From an uncultured virus (IMG/VR IMGVR_UViG_3300042364_000900) (taxonomy: Duplodnaviria; Heunggongvirae; Uroviricota; Caudoviricetes): a stretch of 64,000 bases of DNA. Under the pieces are notes generated by a model. The model had not been told where the DNA came from. It made no database searches and was given only the letters and a program-made list of their open reading frames with translations. The stretch's first letter is position 1, and the number at the start of each line of letters is the position of its first letter. The stretch lies in the IMG/VR virus record IMGVR_UViG_3300042364_000900. One strand, 5' to 3'. Positions 18,721 through 27,880 of the stretch are shown here, one piece after another. The position numbers and the translations under genes were made by a program.

Positions 18721-19373
18721 ATGTCGGCGCAAAGCCGTGCTTTCGCGCCTCGTACTAGGGTGCCCTTTTGGAATTGGCCTAGATATGCTGTGTACTCAAT
18801 GTTTGGGATAAATAGTCCTGTGTTGCCTGGTCGCCACTCCAGGGAATGATAAATTTTGTCTAGGTCACTAGATCTAGAGCATTCCCCGTTTATGTACTGG
18901 AGCCACGAATCTCCATTTGGTGACCAGAGCGGCGTTATGTCAAAGCCTGCCCAGCGACTGGCCGGAACATTGCATAATCTCGTGACGTTTGGCCCTGCCT
19001 GAATCACGACATTGTCTTGGAGCCGCACAACTGCATACCCGTGGGCAGAGTCGATCGCCATGTGCAGGAGGCTGATCTCCCGCAGATCTTGAACTTGTTT
19101 ACTGGGAGCAACCTTGATGGTAAAACGCAGATGCCCCCCAGTTAGGGTAATCACTTCTATGCCGTGCTGTTCGGCATACTTCCTTATAACTTTTTGATTG
19201 CCCCATAGATAATCGGCAATCTCCGGGGTCGTGGAAATGTCGAAGATTCTGTAATCAGACCTATTGGTTTGGGCGATCACAGCCCCAGTAGGATCAAAAA
19301 AACGACACTGCGTTAGTAAATCGTTTTTTTGATCTAAATTTTCAATAACTTTTTTCCAAAATTGAAATATCAT
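18651..19373 (-). CDS. hypothetical protein, possible PAS-like domain
   Basis: YAVVRLQDNVVIQAGPNVTRLCNVPASRWAGFDITPLW resembles a PAS core. Confidence 0.5.
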   Translation of the reverse strand: MIFQFWKKVIENLDQKNDLLTQCRFFDPTGAVIAQTNRSDYRIFDISTTPEIADYLWGNQKVIRKYAEQHGIEVITLTGGHLRFTIKVAPSKQVQDLREISLLHMAIDSAHGYAVVRLQDNVVIQAGPNVTRLCNVPASRWAGFDITPLWSPNGDSWLQYINGECSRSSDLDKIYHSLEWRPGNTGLFIPNIEYTAYLGQFQKGTLVRGAKARLCADIYRLDRLFGEPCRLCITKAVEAL

Positions 19374-19491
19374 TTTTTCCCTTAAGTCTTACTGAGATGG
19401 TACTATTTTGATAAGATTTAAGTAACTGATTAAATCGCGGAAAGCCGTATCTCAGCGGATACGTGTTTTTACGTAGAATTGGAACAAAACT

Positions 19492-20421
19492 ATGGCTAAA
19501 TCTACTGGTTTTCAGATTCCACCGGAAGCGGATGCTTCCATCGCCGATACAACCGCAATCGGGATTGATGCACTGGAGATCGAGGAAGTGTGTCTGGCGG
19601 AATTGAATAACACGTTGCCAATTGGCATCTTTCTGGATGGTGAACGGCTAACGTCATTCACATTAAAGCCTTATAAAACCAAATACGATCGGGTCTTAGG
19701 AGAAATCCTGGGACGCCCAAAAATAACAATCTTGTCGGCACTACAGCAATTTTTACCCCTAATGATTGAGACTATTGGGGGTATTCCATTGGCCGATCTT
19801 GCACAAAAACTCTCGACTTCACCAGCTCGACTTTTCGGTGGGATGTACTTAGGGGACGCATTGTCGATCGTGGTATCGATCCGGATGGCAGCGCAAGGCC
19901 CCCACATAAAAATGTCCGCTACCTGTCCCTCCTGCGGGACAGAAAATGAAGATAAGGGCACGATAGCGGAACCATATCATGATCTGTCTGGCCTGCCGAT
20001 TAAAAAAATTGTTCATCTTTCCAGTGACCCCGTTGTTGAGGTTCGACTCAAAGATGGCCTTGAAGTAGGTAAAGAAAAATTATTCCGTATCTTGATGCAG
20101 CCACTTAAGTTGCATCAGTTTGAGGCGATCGCCAAGCCAGGAGCTGGTGCGATGGATGTTTTGATGCTGTATGAGATGGTAGTGGGATTGCCGGAGTCTG
20201 AATACTACGGCAAGGCAAAAGGGCGCGTTTTTTCAGATGATCTGTACGACGAATTAACCATGGCGGATCAACAAATCCTGGTAAAGGCAATTGAAAGGCT
20301 GCAGATTGTTCCCAAAATGGAAGCTGAAATGGTGTGCATAGGGTGTGGGCACAAATGGGATGCGGGATTGCCATGGGGGAATCTTCGGCGATTTTTATTT
20401 GTCCCTCCTGAATCCACCTGA
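19492..20421 (+). CDS. tail/baseplate assembly chaperone (T4 gp26-like), two-fold internal repeat with CxxC motifs
   Basis: MYLGDALSIVVSIR...G..I.....CPSCG...DLSGL, second unit ending CIGCG. Confidence 0.6.
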   Translation: MAKSTGFQIPPEADASIADTTAIGIDALEIEEVCLAELNNTLPIGIFLDGERLTSFTLKPYKTKYDRVLGEILGRPKITILSALQQFLPLMIETIGGIPLADLAQKLSTSPARLFGGMYLGDALSIVVSIRMAAQGPHIKMSATCPSCGTENEDKGTIAEPYHDLSGLPIKKIVHLSSDPVVEVRLKDGLEVGKEKLFRILMQPLKLHQFEAIAKPGAGAMDVLMLYEMVVGLPESEYYGKAKGRVFSDDLYDELTMADQQILVKAIERLQIVPKMEAEMVCIGCGHKWDAGLPWGNLRRFLFVPPEST

Positions 20422-20602
20422 TCCAGAATACTTGGATGATGTGGCGGCTTTCTTGTCTTTGGGGGAGATAGCACCGTTTAAGGATGCGTCACGGATTGAC
20501 GAATTAACCCCAAGAGAACGCAATTTTTGGGTTTCCAAACTAAGCGCAACCTATCAAAAGCAGCGAGAGGAGTATGAACGTAGTCGAAGCCGCCGCCGTT
20601 AA
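20345..20602 (+). CDS. small tail chaperone-associated ORF (start uncertain, possibly reached by frameshift)
   Basis: IDELTPRERNFWVSKL...QREEYE is typical of the small ORFs that follow tail chaperones. Confidence 0.55.
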   Translation: MGTNGMRDCHGGIFGDFYLSLLNPPDPEYLDDVAAFLSLGEIAPFKDASRIDELTPRERNFWVSKLSATYQKQREEYERSRSRRR

Positions 20603-21005
20603 TAGAAAAACAGTCCGCCCCCTTGCGCCCCCTTGGTTGCAATCATTTGTACCGCTTATCAAGGATTTGCTACAAAAAACTGCAGATCGCAAATACCAAG
20701 CTGAAGGGGTCGTAATGTTTGATGCAACTGACCTATCGAAGGCAAATTGGAGTGAAAGCAGCACGATGCGGTGCGAGATATCTCTTGCAACGCGCACGCG
20801 ATTATACAAAGCGCAAGAGCGACGCGGAAATTACAATCTGGATGTTGCCCTTGACAAGGCGATGGGTATTTTGCAGGAGAAGGGGAGCTATGTTTTAAAT
20901 ATATTGCATCGCGAACACAAAGCATCTGCCCACATTACTTTGGTCATCAAGGATGGCGAGGTACGGGGAGTTAAGTACGGATTTTCCGAACCCATTCGTC
21001 GATAG
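20574..21005 (+). CDS. hypothetical protein
   Basis: GAGGAG RBS, 143 aa. Confidence 0.65.
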   Translation: MNVVEAAAVNRKTVRPLAPPWLQSFVPLIKDLLQKTADRKYQAEGVVMFDATDLSKANWSESSTMRCEISLATRTRLYKAQERRGNYNLDVALDKAMGILQEKGSYVLNILHREHKASAHITLVIKDGEVRGVKYGFSEPIRR

Positions 21006-21009
21006 CGCT

Positions 21010-21048
21010 TTGACACTCCCCACCGCATAGGCGGATGGGGTATTCCGC
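21010..21048 (-). mobile_element. IS605-type right-end hairpin remnant
   Basis: Minus strand CCCCATCCGCCTATGCGGTGGGGAGTGTCAA, identical to 49806-49836. Confidence 0.7.
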
Positions 21049-21113
21049 AAAGGGAAGAGAAAGCATCGCCGACAATGTATCGACCTGCTAAACGGCGTTG
21101 AGGCTGTTCTCCT

Positions 21114-22043
21114 CTATTCTGCTTGATTTTTGCCCAAAACAGACTCAATCTCAGTGAGCAGCGCTTCTACTCGCTCCCGTCTTTTTGGATCTCCCAGAAC
21201 TGTTTTTAGTTCGCGCTCAACCCGCTTAATCCGTCCAAGTATTTGGCGATCACTTTTCGGGGTGGGTGTGACTGCGTCTATTCGGCGACGGATTTCGCGG
21301 ATTGATAGGTTTTGGGAAATTGCGTCTCCTAGGATTTGTTGCCGCTGGCTAACATTTTTAATACGCCCAATTGCCCTTGCTTTGGTATATTCAATTCGTC
21401 CGTCACGAATGACCTGCAAAATGTCATTCGGCAGTTTCAGGATCGGGAGCCAGTTGGTGCGGAATGACTCTGGAGTTATGCCGATTCCTTGGAGGGTTGC
21501 CTCAATCGTTTGCCATTGGTTTGATCGGGTAACGTTACCCGATTGCTCAGGTGATTTACGCTCGCTGGCAGCACGATTCAATAGCGCCACTACTGCCTGC
21601 GGCGTATCCTGTACTTTGCGTGCCAGCAGCCGCAGCACCGCATCTGTTTTGTCCACTAGGTTCAGGTCTTCCCGCAGCACAAACTGCGTAATGGCGTAGC
21701 TCTCAACCTCTTGATCTGACATCTCCCGCACCTCTACTGCCATGTCGGGGATGCCCAATTCCTTGGCGATCGTCCACCGCAGCAATCCATCTATGATCTC
21801 GTACTTGTTTTGCCCGATAGGGCGTGCAAGTCCCGTTTCCAGGATGCCGTTTTTCTGGATCGAAGCTTTTCTTTGCTGGTATTTTTCCTGCGACCAAGAC
21901 CTCCGTGGATTCAACCCAGGAACCATCTGGGCGATCGCCACCCGACGGATAACCTTGTCGGGGGATTGCTCTGTATCTGTAGTGGCTGGAGGCTTACGCT
22001 GGTGTACAGATCGCTGCTTGGGTTCTGGAGTTTTTGAAGACAT
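21114..22043 (-). CDS. parB: ParB/Spo0J family partition protein
   Basis: NPRR, SIQKNGILE, YEIIDGLLRW, REDLNLVD, HTH region. The GxxR CTP motif reads GLLR. Confidence 0.88.
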   Translation of the reverse strand: MSSKTPEPKQRSVHQRKPPATTDTEQSPDKVIRRVAIAQMVPGLNPRRSWSQEKYQQRKASIQKNGILETGLARPIGQNKYEIIDGLLRWTIAKELGIPDMAVEVREMSDQEVESYAITQFVLREDLNLVDKTDAVLRLLARKVQDTPQAVVALLNRAASERKSPEQSGNVTRSNQWQTIEATLQGIGITPESFRTNWLPILKLPNDILQVIRDGRIEYTKARAIGRIKNVSQRQQILGDAISQNLSIREIRRRIDAVTPTPKSDRQILGRIKRVERELKTVLGDPKRRERVEALLTEIESVLGKNQAE

Positions 22044-22105
22044 GGGAAAGCACCGGAAAAAAATGCCTTCGCCAAGAAACCTCGCCGGAGGCTTTTCTTA
22101 GTCTA

Positions 22106-22381
22106 TCAGGCATTAGGGTGCCGAGAAAAAGTTTGATCCGTTACGGCTGGCAGCTTTACCGCCATGCCAACCTGTAGATCCTGGATTCTGGCAATCCGGT
22201 TTGCAGTAAGGAATGCGCGATAGCTCAGGGGATTGGCTTGATTTTCTTGCAAGAATCGAGTCAGCGGCTGACCATTGTACACGATAGTTCTAGGTGGATC
22301 TGGCTGCAACGAGTAGCCGTACCACGCAACTGGCGTGTTTACATTTGATTGAATTCGGCTGGACAGAGATGCGATCGACAT
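22106..22381 (-). CDS. LysM-like / gpX-like baseplate protein
   Basis: YRAFLTANRI..IQDLQVGMAVKLP; coupled to the spike gene. Confidence 0.55.
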   Translation of the reverse strand: MSIASLSSRIQSNVNTPVAWYGYSLQPDPPRTIVYNGQPLTRFLQENQANPLSYRAFLTANRIARIQDLQVGMAVKLPAVTDQTFSRHPNA

Positions 22382-24672
22382 CAGGGAGCCTCCAGTGCCG
22401 TAATACGAGCGGTTAACAAATTTAAGCGTTCTTCCATATCTACGAACCTTGATACATTTACCCCATCAATAAAAACGCCGTCGGTCGATATGCGGATCTG
22501 ATGCACAACTTCCTGGGTAGAATCTAGCGCCTCAATAAAAACAGTATTATCTTTGACCACTACCCTGGCCAGCTCATCGCGCCACTCCATTGACTCTTCA
22601 TTGTGGTAACCGCCTGCGCCACGAAAGCTGCTGATCGATATGCCGTTTTGCGGATGTAGTAATAATCCAGATGTATTACCAAAATCCTGAAGTGCCCTCA
22701 GGGCGATCGCCCCCTGCGAGAAAATGCCACCCCCCAATGATCCGAAGCTAAATCGACCAAATGGTGTTCGGATGCCAGCCCCGCCAGTGCCTGCAAAAAT
22801 TTCATTAATCCCGCTAGGTGACAGTAGGGTGGCGGACAGTTCTGTAATACGAGCGGTTGCACCCACATCTCCCAGGTGGGTTTCCATCTGGACATAATCA
22901 GGCGTTGCTCGAATACGTGATCCGGCGACAGTCGGGACTGCATTGATCAACTGATTTACGCTGGACAACCCAGATTTAATCAATGGAGTTATCTGTTGCT
23001 CCAGCAGGCCACTGGCTACCTGCAATGTCTGGATGTCATTTAATCCTTGATCTACAAAATTTGGCAATACCTTTTGCAATGCAGATCGGGCATCGTTGCT
23101 TGCCGTTCCCGCCTGGATAGCCGTAGCGAACTCGGTCACCACATTGATCGCCCGAAATCCATCCTCTACCCCAGCTATCTTTTGCTTTGCCTCTTGCGCA
23201 AGCCCGGTCACCACCTCCCCCAGCAATCTTTCGATTGATTGATCAACGCTGCTGGCTCCTTCGATAATGTTGCGCAGCATCGAATCAGGTAAAAATTTGC
23301 CAATGGCATCAGGCAGTAAGTTCTTAACTTGACTGACAACCAGCAACAGCGCCTCTTCCACCAAGTCATTGGGGATCACTGCCCGTGCAACTGACTGGAA
23401 TGCATCTAATGCATTCAATAGATCGCCTAAAACCGTATGGATGTTTAGCCCTACGATGTTTTGGACTTCGCTAAACCCTCCAGGTGCGATCGCTCCCAAA
23501 ATTACCTGCAATTGCTGATCTGGCTGCCCCTTCAATCCATCCAATACTGGCTCAAATAAATCAACCGAAAATTTCTTCTTTAATTCTCCCGGCAATATAG
23601 CCGCAACTTGCTGGGCAATCGTTATCCCGCTGGCCTGTGGAACAATCAACGGCAATACAGCAGAAATTATCCCGTTGATCCCTGCCATCGCACCTATTTG
23701 CGGCATCAACGATCGACCCAGTTGGTCAACCGAAAAATCATTGCTTAACTGTTCAATTGCTTTTCCTCCCTCCTCTATGTTGATTGCCATCGCCTCAAGT
23801 TCAGCAAAAATTGCCACAGCGCTATTCAAAAAAGCTAATGGTTCACTGCCGCCAGCCTGAGCGATTGATTGCAGTTCTTCCAGTACTTCTTGGGCCCGCC
23901 CCAATACTCCCCCCAGATTCGATCGAATTGATGCCCCTAATTGCCCAATGTTGTTTAGCGGTCCCTCAAGTAACCCCTTATCTTCATTCAACTGCAGACT
24001 CGCCCTTTGGCTGGATTGCAGTACAACCTCTCCTGTCTCTCGCAAAATGGCGATCGCTCCCGCCCTTGATTGCTGTGAAACTTCCCCGCGATCGCTGATC
24101 CGCATATGCGAAAAATTGTTTTCCAGTCGTACATCGCCATTGCGTTGAATCTGAATTCGCCCTTGATCCAGCGTCTGCACCATAAAGTTGCCGTTGCCCG
24201 AAATCGATTGCATCACACCATTGGGCCGCGTCATAACCGCGCTATTATCCCGATCATCAAAGATCTCAATCGTTTCATTCGGGGTAACGCTTCCATAGGT
24301 ACCATCTGCACGGTTTAGATCCGGGTGTGGGCGATCTACCCGTGAAGGAACGCTGCCTAACACAACAAATTGACGCGGATCGCCAAACAAACACGCCATC
24401 ACAACCTGAGATCCGACCTGTATAAAACTATGGCTACCACCAGTCGATGAATTCACAACAAATGACTCAATAACTGGAATCCAGCCATCATCTCCATTTG
24501 GCAAATTTACATTCGCTTCAATCAATGGACATTCCACTTGGACTCGACCAAGTTTCTCCGGATCATCTACATTCGTCACAACCCCAGGGATTAAACCAAA
24601 CAAGAAACCTTCCTGTAGCGCAGTAGATCGCGCCTCCGCAAACGTTGGTCGAACAAGTCTATCAATTGACAT
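22381..24672 (-). CDS. baseplate spike (gpV/gp5/VgrG OB-fold) with large helical insertion
   Basis: GVVTNVDDPEKLGRVQV...W.....G...VGSQV......GDP...VVLG, then beta-helix-like repeats. Start at MSIDRL; the track's longer N-terminus comes from an IS hairpin. Confidence 0.85.
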   Translation of the reverse strand: MSIDRLVRPTFAEARSTALQEGFLFGLIPGVVTNVDDPEKLGRVQVECPLIEANVNLPNGDDGWIPVIESFVVNSSTGGSHSFIQVGSQVVMACLFGDPRQFVVLGSVPSRVDRPHPDLNRADGTYGSVTPNETIEIFDDRDNSAVMTRPNGVMQSISGNGNFMVQTLDQGRIQIQRNGDVRLENNFSHMRISDRGEVSQQSRAGAIAILRETGEVVLQSSQRASLQLNEDKGLLEGPLNNIGQLGASIRSNLGGVLGRAQEVLEELQSIAQAGGSEPLAFLNSAVAIFAELEAMAINIEEGGKAIEQLSNDFSVDQLGRSLMPQIGAMAGINGIISAVLPLIVPQASGITIAQQVAAILPGELKKKFSVDLFEPVLDGLKGQPDQQLQVILGAIAPGGFSEVQNIVGLNIHTVLGDLLNALDAFQSVARAVIPNDLVEEALLLVVSQVKNLLPDAIGKFLPDSMLRNIIEGASSVDQSIERLLGEVVTGLAQEAKQKIAGVEDGFRAINVVTEFATAIQAGTASNDARSALQKVLPNFVDQGLNDIQTLQVASGLLEQQITPLIKSGLSSVNQLINAVPTVAGSRIRATPDYVQMETHLGDVGATARITELSATLLSPSGINEIFAGTGGAGIRTPFGRFSFGSLGGGIFSQGAIALRALQDFGNTSGLLLHPQNGISISSFRGAGGYHNEESMEWRDELARVVVKDNTVFIEALDSTQEVVHQIRISTDGVFIDGVNVSRFVDMEERLNLLTARITALEAP

Positions 24673-24701
24673 ATGCGCCTCAGATCCTCTTTCCAGGATA
24701 C

Positions 24702-24812
24702 TTAACGGAATAGCGGAATTCCCCATCCCTCTACAGGGTGGGGAGGATGTCAACTAAACTAGCGAGATTCCCCACCGTGTAGACGGATGGGGAATCTCGC
24801 TAGTTTAGTTGA
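24702..24812. mobile_element. IS605-derived mini-element followed by a palindrome with 25-bp arms
   Basis: 24702-24753 ends GGGGAGGATGTCAA. 24750-24812 has perfect arms TCAACTAAACTAGCGAGATTCCCCA. Confidence 0.75.
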
Positions 24813-25196
24813 TAATCTGCGGCATCAACTGCGGCACGGCTATGTGCAGCATATTCTCAGCGAATTGACTGCACTGTTACGCTATGCATCGACTCCAGCC
24901 TCCGCCAAACCAAAGTTGCAGCAGGTGCAGAACTATCTCAAAATTCATCTGAACCACCTTCAGTACCGACAGTTCAAACAGATGGGGCTGCCGATTGGCT
25001 CAGGCATGGTGGAGAGCGCCTGCAAGTGGTTGATTACTCAACGATTTAAGGGGGTTGGGATGCGGTGGAGTGAACCTGGCTTTGATCATCTGCTCCATCT
25101 CCGGGTCGCTTGGGTCAACCAGCGCTTTGACCATCTATTTGGTGACGACCCACTATCACCTACCCTCTACTCCCCCAACCAATAGATACGCCCCCC
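24813..25196 (+). pseudogene. ISKra4/ISLre2-like DDE transposase C-terminal fragment with terminal repeat
   Basis: YRQFKQMGLPIGSGMVESACK...RFKGVGMRWS; 5' truncated at the palindrome. Confidence 0.85.
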
Positions 25197-25232
25197 TCAA
25201 ACTCCCCGTTTCGGTCAACCTCGGGAAGTTGA

Positions 25233-26669
25233 TCAATAGCGCCATCTGGCGCGAGGCCCGAGATCAATATGGACGAAGGCACCAGGGGCGATTGCGACGC
25301 CACCGTTCCAGGAATCGGCGAGCTCTGCGTGAATTTGAGACATATTATTGGGATGATAGAAATCCACTGCATGGCCGCGCAGATGCTCTGATTTCGGAGC
25401 GCCGCCAACATTTCTATTTGAGGCTGGATCACGGTACCAAGAATTGATCTGGAAAGCGCGATTATTGTTGTGGCGACGGCTGAGATCGTCCATCACGAAA
25501 GCGATACGAGCGATCGCCTGCATGATGGAGTTGCTTTCTGGGATGCGGGTGCCATTTTTGGTAGCGTCGGCCCAAGTGTAGAGGCTTCCGGGGTATATGG
25601 GATCGTTTAATTTGATTTGCCCCCATTCTGGTACGTCAATGATGCCAGTCGGGTGGTTAGGAGCTGGCCCTGGCGTAACAACGGTGGCTGCGATGGTTGT
25701 TTTGTCGGCGGGGTTCCACCCTTGTACAGTAATACTGCCGAATGCGCTCTGCAATTGGAGTGGTGTTTTTTTAATGATTCTGGGGGTAGCAATGGCAAGG
25801 CTTGGGTTTTGCCTAAAATCAAGGATTACCCCGCTGGACGATGCAGATCCAGGTGAAACTTGTTCTACGGTATTGCCGCGTGCCACTACTACATCGCCTT
25901 GGAGCACGGCAGTTTGCATGGCAGACTGAATAGATCCCTGATTAATCCGCACTGAACCTGCGGCGTTTAGGCCAGTAGTGGATGCATTGCTGAACCGTAG
26001 TTGTTGATCCTGTGCAACAAACTGGGATGCTGGCGGAAAAGTGGGGTTTCCGCCAGTCGCTGTAGCGACTGTTTGCTGCAATAGTCGGGTCAATTCGCTA
26101 AATCCCGGCAATAATCCAATCACACCTTGTGTGATTGGATTTTGAACGACTGATTGAAGTGGGTTAACAATTGTTGGGGCTGCAGGCTGTTGACCTTTTG
26201 GTTGTTTGTTGAGCTGTACCAGCGATATGCTTGGTGCAGTTTTTGCGTTTTGGATAGATGCGCCGGTTTGTTGTAGTGGCGCTGCATTATCAATTATTTC
26301 AATTTCGGTGCCACTAGGCAACACCCGTCCAACATAGTAAATTTTCCCCATCAAAACATTCTGTCTCACGCCCCCAACATAACCAATCTCAATCTCAACA
26401 GACTCCTGCTGTTCAATTACAGGCCGAATTGAATCATCTGGATCATTCACAACAATCCGAGCACCGCTGAATTGATAAGTGCTCAGCCTGATGTACGGAT
26501 TCCCCAGAATCTCGCCCCTCAGGCTACTAAATTCCAGCACCCCCACCTTAACCTTCAGATACGCTTTATAGCGATCACTTGGCTGTCTAGGCTGTGCTGG
26601 CGGTTGACTCGCTCCAACGCCAGATAAATTACCTGGCGTTGGATCTGGACGGATTGGGCTAGATTGCAT
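25233..26669 (-). CDS. baseplate hub-like (gpD/gp27-like) N-terminal part fused to a peptidase M15-family domain
   Basis: N-terminal VEIEIGY......G.I... hub-like strands. C-terminal INSWYR...N..VGGA..SEHL.G.AVD...FVHID. Confidence 0.75.
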   Translation of the reverse strand: MQSSPIRPDPTPGNLSGVGASQPPAQPRQPSDRYKAYLKVKVGVLEFSSLRGEILGNPYIRLSTYQFSGARIVVNDPDDSIRPVIEQQESVEIEIGYVGGVRQNVLMGKIYYVGRVLPSGTEIEIIDNAAPLQQTGASIQNAKTAPSISLVQLNKQPKGQQPAAPTIVNPLQSVVQNPITQGVIGLLPGFSELTRLLQQTVATATGGNPTFPPASQFVAQDQQLRFSNASTTGLNAAGSVRINQGSIQSAMQTAVLQGDVVVARGNTVEQVSPGSASSSGVILDFRQNPSLAIATPRIIKKTPLQLQSAFGSITVQGWNPADKTTIAATVVTPGPAPNHPTGIIDVPEWGQIKLNDPIYPGSLYTWADATKNGTRIPESNSIMQAIARIAFVMDDLSRRHNNNRAFQINSWYRDPASNRNVGGAPKSEHLRGHAVDFYHPNNMSQIHAELADSWNGGVAIAPGAFVHIDLGPRARWRY

Positions 26670-26687
26670 GGCGCTGCACCAGAAAAG

Positions 26688-27074
26688 CTACCCCGCCGAG
26701 GGCTTTGAAAATGCTACAAAATTTTGCGGACTCCGTAGGGCGATCGCCACCTGTGCCGGGATTCCAAACTGCCCTATCCGATTATCAACCCTTTCCCACA
26801 CGGTTGGGCGATCTAATGGCACCTGAGAGGCGATCGCTGGATTTTTGCCGTACAGCACGATACCCTGCCACCCATGTTCCAGCAGGGTATCGTGCTCCCA
26901 CAGGCTTTCTCCATCCGTGTAAACCCCCTCGGTCAAATCCCCCGACGGAACATCGCGCAATCCCCACCGCCACTTCACCAGCGTATACTGCGCAACCCTG
27001 GCAAACCCCAATACCCTAAACTCAATCTCCTCAGGCACCGGCGCAGGACTAATAAAAAAGTGTGGCTTAAGCAT
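26688..27074 (-). CDS. hypothetical phage protein
   Basis: 128 aa, GGAG RBS, within the baseplate block. Confidence 0.65.
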   Translation of the reverse strand: MLKPHFFISPAPVPEEIEFRVLGFARVAQYTLVKWRWGLRDVPSGDLTEGVYTDGESLWEHDTLLEHGWQGIVLYGKNPAIASQVPLDRPTVWERVDNRIGQFGIPAQVAIALRSPQNFVAFSKPSAG

Positions 27075-27090
27075 GACTTCTCCCTTTCAT

Positions 27091-27495
27091 CTAAACCTCC
27101 GAGATACCCCATCCGCCTACGCGGTGGGGAGGGATAGGAGCGGCAATTGAGGGGTTCGATACCCCGATATTGCCAAGTACAGGCGTACCAAAGTAAAATG
27201 AGAAACATGAGATGCCCAAAACCAAAGCGTCTCGAAGCACCTTGACAACCAGGGTTAGGGGGTTCTTGCCAGGAATGCTTGGCAAGGTAAAAACTCTGAG
27301 CACCAAGTAACTGAGATTCTTCTCTCCGTACCGTGGGACACACGGGATCGGGACTCTGAAATGGGTCAAAAAGTCTGTGGACATGATGTAAGACGGGAAC
27401 ATGGCTTGTCTGTGTACGCAAACGTGGATGAAGCAGAAACCTAAATCGTGAGGTTTGGGAATCCCCATCCCTCTATAGGGTGGGGAGGATGTCAA
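27091..27495 (+). mobile_element. non-autonomous IS605-family element (about 405 bp) retaining a tnpB 3' end / omegaRNA-like region
   Basis: Left-end hairpins at 27091-27174, ACCGTGGGACACACGGGA...GTAAGAC...GGATGAAGCAGAAAC, right-end hairpin and TCAA at 27495. Confidence 0.75.
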
Positions 27496-27534
27496 ATAAA
27501 CTACCCCATCCCTCTACAGGGTGGGGTAGTTTAT
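27496..27534. repeat. IS605-end-derived palindrome
   Basis: ATAAACTACCCCA-TCCCTCTACAGGG-TGGGGTAGTTTAT. Confidence 0.7.
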
Positions 27535-27811
27535 AAAAGGTCAGACTCGCTTTAACGGCTTTGATGACAAGATTCTATCCCTCTATGCCAGGGGGATGAG
27601 TACCCGTGACATTGCAGATCAACTGCAAGACCTCTACGGGGTTGAGGTGTCGGCTGGGTTGATCTCGAACGTCACCGAGGCTGTGGAGGAAGAGCGCAAA
27701 GCGTGGCAGAATCGAGCGCTGGACTCGCTCTATCCCATCGTCTATTTCGATGCCATTGTGGTCAAAGTTCGACAAGATGGACGGGTTATCAACAAGGCGA
27801 TTCACCTGGCG
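27535..27811 (+). pseudogene. IS256 family transposase internal fragment
   Basis: [18 protein letters not shown]...[10 protein letters not shown]...[24 protein letters not shown]. Confidence 0.9.
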
Positions 27812-27880
27812 CGTGGGGAAGATACATTGCACTGCCTGTATTTTAGCGCGATCGCTCCTTCTAAGTATTTTGGAGGAAGA

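Noticed and set aside
27140..27175. GGGGTTCGATACCCC resembling a tRNA T-arm
   Set aside because: No cloverleaf. It is the second hairpin of an IS605 left end, homologous to 1653-1686.
27091..27495. 134-aa minus-strand ORF starting MTSSPP (and the same N-terminus on the 790-aa track ORF)
   Set aside because: Translation of IS right-end hairpin sequence, not a real N-terminus.
17782..27534. Recurrent CCCCATCCCTCTACAGGGTGGGG as CRISPR repeats
   Set aside because: Dispersed, not regularly spaced, and flanked by IS605 end motifs.
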